A DNA stretch of 64,000 nucleotides from IMG/VR virus record IMGVR_UViG_2936333065_000001, positions 2,543 through 66,542 of that record. The stretch is one strand, 5' to 3'. The stretch's first letter is position 1. Each line of letters opens with the position of its first letter. Position numbers and translations under genes: made by a program. The DNA comes from a virus. Positions 9,012 to 16,615 of this stretch are shown piece by piece. The notes below the pieces were generated by a model that worked only from the letters and a program-made list of their open reading frames with translations, ran no database searches and was not told the DNA's origin.

Positions 9012-10216
9012 CAATGCCTATTGAAAAGAAAGACATCGAAGAAGTTGCAGCAGACCTCAAGGGGACTTTTGAAGACTTCAAAAAGAAAAATGACCAAGAG
9101 CTTGAAGGCATTAAAGCCGAAAAAAGTAAATTGTCTGGTCAAGTAGATAAACTCAACGAAAAATTGGGTGAACTTGATAAGCTCAAAACTGAGCTTGAAA
9201 AGGAGCTTAAGCAAGCTAAACGACCAGGTGCAACCAGTGGCAAGGACGTTGATGAACACAAAGCTGCTTACTCTCAGTTCATTCGTAAGGGTGTAGACGA
9301 AGGATTGGCTGAATTGCAGCAAAAAGCTGTTCAAGTGGGTGTTGATGCAGATGGTGGTTTTGCTGCTCCTGAAGAACTCGACAAAAATATCATTCAGCTC
9401 TTACATGACGAAAGCCCAATGCGTGAAGAGTGTGGATCCATCATCATCAGTGCTTCTGGCTATAAAAAGTTGGTCAATTTAGGTGGAGCCAGCTCGGGTT
9501 GGGTTGGTGAAACAGATGATCGACCTGAAACCAATTCACCAAAGCTTGCAGAAATTATTGCAACCATGGGTGAAATTTATGCCAAGCCAAAATCGACACA
9601 GACGGCTTTGGATGACGTTTTTTTCAATGTTGAAAACTGGCTTGCAGAAGAAGTTGCTCGTGAATTTTCGGAACAAGAAGGCAATGCGTTCTTGCTCGGT
9701 AATGGTGTGAAAAAGCCAAAAGGCATCTTGGCCCACAACTTAGCCACTACCGATGATAAAACACGCCAATTCGGAACAATTCAGCAATTTTTGTCTGGTC
9801 AGGACGGTAATTTTGATGCAGATGACATTCTTGATTTAATTTACGGACTGAAAAAAGGCTATCGCCGCGGCGCTAAATTCATGATGAATGGTTTAACGGT
9901 AGCCAAAGTGCGTAAATTCAAAGATTCTGATGGCAACTACTTGTGGCAGCCTGGTCTTCAAGAAGATGAACCATCACGCTTATTGGGTTACGGAATCGCT
10001 GAAAATGAAGATATGCCAGATGTCGCAGCAGATGCAAATGCAGTCATGTTCGGAAACTTCAAGCGTGGTTATGCAGTTGTAGATCGTATGGGTGTTCGTA
10101 CTTTACGCGATCCGTACTCTGCTAAGCCGTACATCGAGTTTTACACAACTAAGCGTGTGGGTGGCTTGCTGACTGATAGCAATGCAATCAAGGTGCTAAC
10201 GCTTAAAGCCGCTTAA
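9008..10216 (+). CDS. Major capsid protein, HK97 family
   Basis: Coiled-coil delta domain, DGGFAAPEE, WVGE, GNG..KPKGIL, KDSDGNYLWQP. Confidence 0.96.
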   Translation: MTMPIEKKDIEEVAADLKGTFEDFKKKNDQELEGIKAEKSKLSGQVDKLNEKLGELDKLKTELEKELKQAKRPGATSGKDVDEHKAAYSQFIRKGVDEGLAELQQKAVQVGVDADGGFAAPEELDKNIIQLLHDESPMREECGSIIISASGYKKLVNLGGASSGWVGETDDRPETNSPKLAEIIATMGEIYAKPKSTQTALDDVFFNVENWLAEEVAREFSEQEGNAFLLGNGVKKPKGILAHNLATTDDKTRQFGTIQQFLSGQDGNFDADDILDLIYGLKKGYRRGAKFMMNGLTVAKVRKFKDSDGNYLWQPGLQEDEPSRLLGYGIAENEDMPDVAADANAVMFGNFKRGYAVVDRMGVRTLRDPYSAKPYIEFYTTKRVGGLLTDSNAIKVLTLKAA

Positions 10217-10239
10217 CCAATACAAAAGCCTTGATAGTC

Positions 10240-10294
10240 TGAACTGCACCCCGAAAGTTGGACACTTTTAGTCTAATTTGAAGGGTGCTTTTTT
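10240..10294 (+). terminator. Terminator hairpin resembling a pair of IS3-family terminal inverted repeats
   Basis: TGAACTGCACCCCGAAAGTTGGAC...GTCTAATTTGAAGGGTGC followed by T-run. Confidence 0.55.
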
Positions 10295-10313
10295 AATGGA
10301 AGGATTGATTCTC

Positions 10314-10712
<399 letters not shown>

Positions 10713-10972
10713 TGCAGATGATGAGGACGATGATCTTAAATTATTGATCGATGCTGCATTATCAACTTTTGAAGAAGTGACAAATCGAAAATTATTTGAA
10801 CTTGGTACTTCCATACCGGATGAAGTTGTTAATGGTATCCATGCATCCCCGTCAATTGTTCAAGGTGCTCTCACACTAATCGGCTACTGGTATGAAAATC
10901 CAGAAGCCACTGGAAACGTGGAGAAGTTACCAAAATCTACATTGTGGGCATGGAATCGGCATCGATTTTTGA

Positions 10973-11176
10973 ATGTGGGGTGATGAATCAATTAATGAAA
11001 TCAATAAAATTTTATTAGGCATTGTGATCAATCAAACAATAGAAATAGGTGTTTTGCTTATTCTTGGGGATTTGTTTGAGAATCGAGAAAATAGCATAAC
11101 AACTGGTACTTTCTCTGAAATGCCAAAAGGTGCTATTTGGCATTTGGATAAATATCGAACTCAATTAGGTGTTTGA
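10973..11176 (+). CDS. Hypothetical protein (AT-rich insert)
   Basis: ORF track only. Confidence 0.35.
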   Translation: MWGDESINEINKILLGIVINQTIEIGVLLILGDLFENRENSITTGTFSEMPKGAIWHLDKYRTQLGV

Positions 11177-11414
11177 AATGACTTGTTTATCATGCGAGAA
11201 AAGACGTGAGTGGATCAAACAGCAATACGAACAAGCAAAAGAATCATGGCGACGACTCATCAACCGAGACAGCAAACATATTGCTTCAAGCGATGACCGC
11301 TCAGAGCCAAATGATGTCGTCGATGATGCAAGTAATGGTAACCCAGAACCAGCAATTGATCTCAATCGTGGATCAGAACAGTCAATTAATGAATCAGGTT
11401 CAGAGTCTGGTTGA
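11169..11414 (+). CDS. Hypothetical protein (CxxC N-terminus), overlapping 11206-11472
   Basis: ORF track; MTCLSCEKRREWIKQQ. Confidence 0.5.
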   Translation: MFEMTCLSCEKRREWIKQQYEQAKESWRRLINRDSKHIASSDDRSEPNDVVDDASNGNPEPAIDLNRGSEQSINESGSESG

Positions 11415-11472
11415 TTTGCTTACTGAGCAAGATCAGGAACCCGACAAAGAATCAAAATTTATGGATGATTAA
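11206..11472 (+). CDS. Hypothetical Gln/Met-rich coiled-coil protein
   Basis: ORF track; stop lies 2 nt before the next head gene. Confidence 0.55.
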   Translation: MSGSNSNTNKQKNHGDDSSTETANILLQAMTAQSQMMSSMMQVMVTQNQQLISIVDQNSQLMNQVQSLVDLLTEQDQEPDKESKFMDD

Positions 11473-11474
11473 TT

Positions 11475-11825
11475 ATGCGAGCGGGTCAATTACGCCAAAG
11501 AATCACTATCCAGAAGCTTAATGCTAATGGCCGTGATGGAAATGGCATGCAAACGGGCGAAGTTTGGGAAGATTACGCAACGGTATGGGCCAATGTTGAT
11601 GATCTTTCTACACGTGACATCATTGCAGATCGGGCAGCGCAAGGCACAATGCAGGCGCGGGCAACTATTCGGTATTCCCAAAAAGTTGCATCTGTTGATA
11701 CCACGTATCGAGTGTTATTTGATGGCAAGCTGTATCGGATCGATGGTGATCCTACTTTCGATACAGGAAGCCGTCGTGAATATATGACACTTAATCTGGC
11801 TGAGGGTTTGAAAGAATGGGGGTGA
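11475..11825 (+). CDS. Head closure / head-tail adaptor (SPP1 gp16-like)
   Basis: MRAGQLRQRITIQ...W...ATVWA motif. Confidence 0.9.
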   Translation: MRAGQLRQRITIQKLNANGRDGNGMQTGEVWEDYATVWANVDDLSTRDIIADRAAQGTMQARATIRYSQKVASVDTTYRVLFDGKLYRIDGDPTFDTGSRREYMTLNLAEGLKEWG

Positions 11826-11828
11826 TCT

Positions 11829-12332
11829 ATGCCAGAGAAATACATTCATGGTTTGGGCGAAGTTGAAGCCAAACTTAAGATGCTTGGCGAAGGTAAAGCT
11901 GCTAAGAATGCTGCCAAACGTGCATCACGTAAAGCATTCTCAGTAGTGCGAAAAGCAGCTATTGCCTATGCTAAAGCCATTGATGATCCTAAAACCATGG
12001 AGCGAATCTGGAAAAATATCACGATTCGAGCAGGGAAAATATCGGGTGCGAATGTCAAGATGCGGGTAGGGATTCGAGGTGGTGCTCGACATTATGTCGA
12101 GTCTAAGGCTAATGTCCGCAAGGGTTTAGCTGGTAAAACCTATAAGACCGATGGTGATAAAACCAATCCAGGTGGTGATACTTTTTATTGGCGTTTTAAA
12201 GAGTTTGGCACTGAGCATAGTCCAGCAGAGCCATTCATGCGCCCTGCATTGCAAAACAATATTTCAACCGTTACCAATGATTTTGCGGGCATCTTTAGTG
12301 CAGAAATTGACAAGGAGTTGGCTAAATTATGA
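11829..12332 (+). CDS. HK97 gp10-family tail completion protein
   Basis: FYWRFKEFGT...AEPFMRPAL motif. Confidence 0.9.
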   Translation: MPEKYIHGLGEVEAKLKMLGEGKAAKNAAKRASRKAFSVVRKAAIAYAKAIDDPKTMERIWKNITIRAGKISGANVKMRVGIRGGARHYVESKANVRKGLAGKTYKTDGDKTNPGGDTFYWRFKEFGTEHSPAEPFMRPALQNNISTVTNDFAGIFSAEIDKELAKL

Positions 12333-12679
12333 TTCCTGTGTTTGATGTACTTAGTAATGATTCTGCTGTATCTACACTTATTGCAGATCGTATTTATCGG
12401 GATATGGCAACGGAAAACTGTCAATATCCTTATGTCACTTGGTTTCTAACAGGCGGTGAGCCGCTCAATGATATGGATGAACCTGCAACCGTGGATCGAT
12501 TGCATTTTCAGGTCAATTGCTACGGCAAAAATGAAAGCCAAACCCATGCAGTCTATAAGGCTGTTCGCAATGCCTTGAAAGCGCATTGCAATATTTCAGG
12601 ATTTTTAAATACAGGTATGCCACGGCAAGGTTCACGCAGTATGAGTTTTGAAGCGGTTTGGCTTAACGATTCAGATTAA
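12329..12679 (+). CDS. Tail terminator (DUF3168-like)
   Basis: RIY...A......PYVTW and FQVNCYG motifs; position. Confidence 0.8.
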   Translation: MIPVFDVLSNDSAVSTLIADRIYRDMATENCQYPYVTWFLTGGEPLNDMDEPATVDRLHFQVNCYGKNESQTHAVYKAVRNALKAHCNISGFLNTGMPRQGSRSMSFEAVWLNDSD

Positions 12680-12696
12680 ATTTTATTAAAAATTCC

Positions 12697-12724
12697 AAGC
12701 ACTCCATTCGGGGTGCTTTTTTTA
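12697..12724 (+). terminator. Rho-independent terminator
   Basis: AGCACTCC-ATTC-GGGGTGCT followed by T-run. Confidence 0.75.
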
Positions 12725-12751
12725 TGCCTAAAAATTGAGGAGTAGCTACTC

Positions 12752-13219
12752 ATGGCACGTATTAAATCGCAAGGCACGAAAATCTATGCCTTGGTTGCAG
12801 GCGCAATGGTGCGCTTTACTTGTTATAACGCGATTGATCTTGGACAGGATTCTACGTCAAAGATTGAAACCACATGTCTTGATGCTGAAGAAAAGTCCTA
12901 TGAAAAAGGCATGGTTGACCCAGGTGAAGGTAGCATGACGGTTCAGCTTGATGATGAAAATGCATCACATGCAACAGCATTGGAGTTGGCGGAATCAGGC
13001 GATGAAGTTGAATGGTTTGTTGGTTCCAAAGGTGATGATGCACCGCCGACGGTGACCAGTGGAACCGTAACATTACCTGAAACACGAAATTGGCTGACAT
13101 TCAAAGGTTACTTAAATAAAGCAGCGCCAACCATTGAAACAGATAGTGTTTGGACTTATGCATTTCCACTGGTTCGCACCACTTCAGTTACAACCATCTT
13201 GCGTGATACCACGCCTTAA
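12752..13219 (+). CDS. Major tail tube protein
   Basis: KSQGTKIY and IETTCLD...Y..G..DPG motifs; position. Confidence 0.9.
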   Translation: MARIKSQGTKIYALVAGAMVRFTCYNAIDLGQDSTSKIETTCLDAEEKSYEKGMVDPGEGSMTVQLDDENASHATALELAESGDEVEWFVGSKGDDAPPTVTSGTVTLPETRNWLTFKGYLNKAAPTIETDSVWTYAFPLVRTTSVTTILRDTTP

Positions 13220-13259
13220 TCTATAGCCCCTTATGGGGCTACTTTTTTTCGAGAAGAAA

Positions 13260-13793
13260 ATGGCTAAAGTAGATTTTAAAAAGACAAAAAACATCACCAA
13301 AGTGGGTGCGCCGATTGAGCGTAATATAAAGTGGAATGTGATTGTCACTGAACATAATCTGGATGAACTCAAAGCATTGACGGAAAATCCTGATCTTAAA
13401 ATTGACGATACAGTTGAATTAAATGGGCAGGTATTCATCAAGCGGCTTAATTTTAAAGCGGGTCGTGATGCAGCCAAGGCTTTTGATTGGGATTTAGATT
13501 ATGACAATATCGAAAATTCCAAAATAAAATCTGTAGATTCTGATCAATTGCAGGCTGCACAATTAATTGGCAGTGTTTGTATTGATGCGAAAGGCGCACC
13601 ATTTTTTGCTTCAATCCATGAAGTTTATGATTCTGACCCAAATTTCATTGCGGCTCTGTATAAGCTTTCTGATGACGTGAATAACTTTATGGGAAAGTCA
13701 CGGACGAAGAACTCGACAGAAACGAACTCCTCTGCGAACTTGTCCTCAACGGAATCGGTGGAAGAACCATTGAAGAAGCCGAACGATCAATAA
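13260..13793 (+). CDS. Tail assembly chaperone (gpG-like)
   Basis: Follows the tail tube gene; in-frame G GGA AAG slippery site at 13691-13697. Confidence 0.85.
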   Translation: MAKVDFKKTKNITKVGAPIERNIKWNVIVTEHNLDELKALTENPDLKIDDTVELNGQVFIKRLNFKAGRDAAKAFDWDLDYDNIENSKIKSVDSDQLQAAQLIGSVCIDAKGAPFFASIHEVYDSDPNFIAALYKLSDDVNNFMGKSRTKNSTETNSSANLSSTESVEEPLKKPNDQ

Positions 13794-14017
13794 GTTTGGC
13801 TGAGATGGCCGTCTGGCGAGCATATCGTTTAAAGCGCGGCAGTTTAAATGTCGGTCGGCGTGTTGAGCAGGCGGTGGGTAATCTGATGGCATTTTATCAT
13901 AACGGTAAAGTGAAGCAGCAGCATCGCATTGATGCACTGACGCTGATGCCACACGAGGATCAGCCCGAAGAAGTCGAGGTGGATTTGTTTGAGGCTTTGG
14001 CTGGCGGGTTATTATGA
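13691..14017 (+). CDS. gpT-like -1 frameshift extension (G-T fusion)
   Basis: -1 frame is open from GGGAAAG to TGA 14017: ELVLNGIGGRTIEEAE...WRAYR.KRGSLN. Confidence 0.85.
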   Translation, partial: GKVTDEELDRNELLCELVLNGIGGRTIEEAERSISLAEMAVWRAYRLKRGSLNVGRRVEQAVGNLMAFYHNGKVKQQHRIDALTLMPHEDQPEEVEVDLFEALAGGLL

Positions 14018-14023
14018 TATGGC

Positions 14024-14052
14024 TTGAAACTTTGTAAAAACTCCGCTAACCT
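14024..14052 (+). promoter_or_regulatory. Sigma70 promoter of the C4/antirepressor unit
   Basis: TTGAAA-17 bp-TAACCT. Confidence 0.6.
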
Positions 14053-14190
14053 AAGTTTAGGTGCTAGAAACACCTTTTTACCAAGCGTTAATCACAGCGT
14101 CATTGTGGTTTTTTTATGCCTGAAATATGGCAGAACCGACTATATATTTACCTCGTGTTTTGTTGTCTGCTAAACATACAGGTTTACTCT

Positions 14191-14273
14191 ATGGTCGGGA
14201 GTGCGGCTAATAAAATACCCGAAAGGGGAATACGCCCGCAGGCTTGGTACTGTTTCTAGCTCCCGACCGCCCA
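14191..14273 (+). ncRNA. C4-like antisense RNA
   Basis: Closing stem GGTCGGGA/TCCCGACC, CCC-GAAA-GGG hairpin, and two segments complementary to boxes both upstream and over the antirepressor RBS. Confidence 0.8.
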
Positions 14274-14313
14274 TCTAGAAAGTGGGTTAATCTCATACCA
14301 AGGAGTAAACCAA

Positions 14314-15135
14314 ATGAATACTATTACAGTGCCATTTCATCATGCAGAATTATATATAGTTGAGTATGAAGGACAACCATACACACCCATGAAACCTATT
14401 GTTGAAGGCATGGGCTTGGCTTGGCAATCTCAATTAACAAAACTCAATTCTAACCCTGTTCGATGGGGTATAACGAAAATCGTTATACCCACCTTAGGTG
14501 ACTTGCAAGAGATGGTTTGCATGCCTTTACGCAAACTTCTTGCTTGGCTTACCACTATTAGCCCAAACAAAGTAAAACCTGAACTTCGTGATACCGTCAT
14601 TATGTATCAAAACGAATGCGATGATGTTTTATGGGATTACTGGACAAAAGGGCAAGCGACTAATCCAAGACCAGTACGCACCACCAAAGATAAACGCACT
14701 GCTTTACATGAAGCGATTGCTTTATTAATGACTAAATCCAAGCATCTACATTTTAAAGATTGCTACAAAATGATTCACCAACGCTTTGATGTTGAGCATT
14801 TGGACGAAATACCAGAGGACAACCTACCAAACGCCGTGGCCTATGTTCATAGTTTACTGATGGGTGGTACAGATCCAGAGCTAGAAAGACGTTCTTATAA
14901 TGTTTCGATGCATATGTTATGGGTATCTGGTTGGTGGCGTTGTTATAGAGATGCAATTCGCTTGTTGAACCCTAAAATGTATTCTGAGATTACAGACCAC
15001 TTTAAAGATGGCGAGTTTTCTGCTTCACTGGTTTTAGGTACAGAAAAAACTAAGACGACTTTTGCACGTATAAAGCAAGATTATCCATATGATCAGGCTA
15101 TTGGCCAAAGGATATCGTTACTTTATAGGAATTAA
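14314..15135 (+). CDS. Phage antirepressor (P22 Ant N-terminal domain)
   Basis: VPFH...PYTPMKPIVEGMGLAW.SQ and YQNECDDVLWDYW.KG motifs. Confidence 0.9.
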   Translation: MNTITVPFHHAELYIVEYEGQPYTPMKPIVEGMGLAWQSQLTKLNSNPVRWGITKIVIPTLGDLQEMVCMPLRKLLAWLTTISPNKVKPELRDTVIMYQNECDDVLWDYWTKGQATNPRPVRTTKDKRTALHEAIALLMTKSKHLHFKDCYKMIHQRFDVEHLDEIPEDNLPNAVAYVHSLLMGGTDPELERRSYNVSMHMLWVSGWWRCYRDAIRLLNPKMYSEITDHFKDGEFSASLVLGTEKTKTTFARIKQDYPYDQAIGQRISLLYRN

Positions 15136-15137
15136 GG

Positions 15138-15290
15138 TTAGCTAACAGTTGCATATATTGTTCTTATGCCATCTTTAATAAATTCATATCTGATCATAGT
15201 GTATTGTGGGTTTTCATTATAAAAATCCCACATATCCATAACTGGATTTTTGTAATCAGGTCTGGTGAAGTCTTTTATTTGCTCTGACAT
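15138..15290 (-). CDS. Small hypothetical moron protein (50 aa)
   Basis: Own translation MSEQIKDFTRPDYKNPVMDMWDFYNENPQYTMIRYEFIKDGIRTIYATVS; fills the gap, convergent with the antirepressor. Confidence 0.6.
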   Translation of the reverse strand: MSEQIKDFTRPDYKNPVMDMWDFYNENPQYTMIRYEFIKDGIRTIYATVS

Positions 15291-15367
15291 TTTATAGATT
15301 TCTTAAGGTGGATTTAATTTTGGAAGTATTATAACCTCATCAAAACATAATTTGATGGGGTTTTGGT

Positions 15368-16279
15368 GTGAAAAGATTGTTGGTCGCTTCAATTTTTTTA
15401 TTAAGCTGTATAAAAATATATGCTCAAAATGAAGATTGTGATTATAAAGGCTTGTCAGGCCAAGAGTATAAAATAAGTGAAGACTATAAGGATTATGTAA
15501 CCAATTCTTTTGAGGCATACTCAGATAAAGAGGACTGGCAGCAAGGCGATAAAAGTGAATATGTGTCTTTGCGTAATAATAATTTTAAAGTAATGGAGAC
15601 AGGTGTTAGAACACTTTCTGCTGAGCAAGCAATGCGACCATTTCTCGATAGTTATAGATACACCTATATTTACGATAAATCTAGAGCTTTTGTGGCTGAC
15701 AAGTCATATAGAACCAAAGTTTTGACTGATGATTGTAAGATTTTTTATTACGAACCTTCTTCTAAATTTGTGGATTTTTTAGATCAAATAGAATTTTCAA
15801 ATGGAAAAAAATTAAGTTTCGAGGATTTTAGAAAATTTTTAGGTAAAGCAATTTTTGTTAAAAAAATAAAGACATATTCAAGCTATGATAAATTTGAAAA
15901 AAGAACAACCATCCGTACAGAACAATATGATGATTATCTATTAAGAGGATACTACGCTCCACAGCAAAAAAAACTTGTTTTTATACAGCTCTATACCGAT
16001 CAGGTTTTCTTTGATAACTGGGCACAAATAAGTATTGCTAAAGATGCTTTTGGTGGAACACACAAAGTTACTAGAATAAATGGTGATGCTGACTGTAGTG
16101 GTAGTTATGGATGCAGACTGACAGAAACTATTGGAATAGATATTAGTGAACAATTCCTGAGGAGCCATATGGATGGGTTTGAACTAAAGTTAATTGGTAA
16201 AAAGTCTAGGGTTATCAATGTTTCTGGAGAGGTGATTCAGTCATTTCTTCAAGAATTAAAGAATATTCGCAACCAATAA
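15368..16279 (+). CDS. Exported moron protein of unknown function
   Basis: Signal peptide MKRLLVASIFLLSC; AT-rich; own terminator at about 16295-16322. Confidence 0.8.
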   Translation: MKRLLVASIFLLSCIKIYAQNEDCDYKGLSGQEYKISEDYKDYVTNSFEAYSDKEDWQQGDKSEYVSLRNNNFKVMETGVRTLSAEQAMRPFLDSYRYTYIYDKSRAFVADKSYRTKVLTDDCKIFYYEPSSKFVDFLDQIEFSNGKKLSFEDFRKFLGKAIFVKKIKTYSSYDKFEKRTTIRTEQYDDYLLRGYYAPQQKKLVFIQLYTDQVFFDNWAQISIAKDAFGGTHKVTRINGDADCSGSYGCRLTETIGIDISEQFLRSHMDGFELKLIGKKSRVINVSGEVIQSFLQELKNIRNQ

Positions 16280-16406
16280 TTACGACTCAAATTAACCAAA
16301 CCCCGCTAGTCGGGGTTTTTTAATGCCTAAAGAAAAAGCCAAGAACCGCAAATTCTTGGCTTTTTTTATTTCAACTTGAACAGACAGGAACAAGAGGAAA
16401 ATATCT

Positions 16407-16565
16407 ATGCCTGAAATTATAGCAGTCATTCTGCAAAAAGTAGAGGTCATCATGGAAAAATATGGTTTCTGGAAAGTAACAGGGGTTTTCTTGTTATCAA
16501 TATTGTTGTGGTAATTCTCAAACATAGTGAATGCCTTTGCAAAACTCATTGAAGTATTGAAATAA
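16407..16565 (+). pseudogene. Small membrane peptide gene with an internal TAA (16512-16514)
   Basis: AAGAGGAAA RBS; MPEIIAVILQKVEVIMEKYGFWKVTGVFLLSILLW*FSNIVNAFAKLIEVLK. Confidence 0.5.
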
Positions 16566-16615
16566 ACCGATCTGAAAATGGTCGGTTTTTTTATGCCTAA
16601 TATTTGGAGAAAGAC

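Noticed and set aside
4896..9736. Many 60-120 aa alternative-frame and antisense ORFs in the head genes
   Set aside because: They overlap well-supported structural genes and show no recognisable motifs
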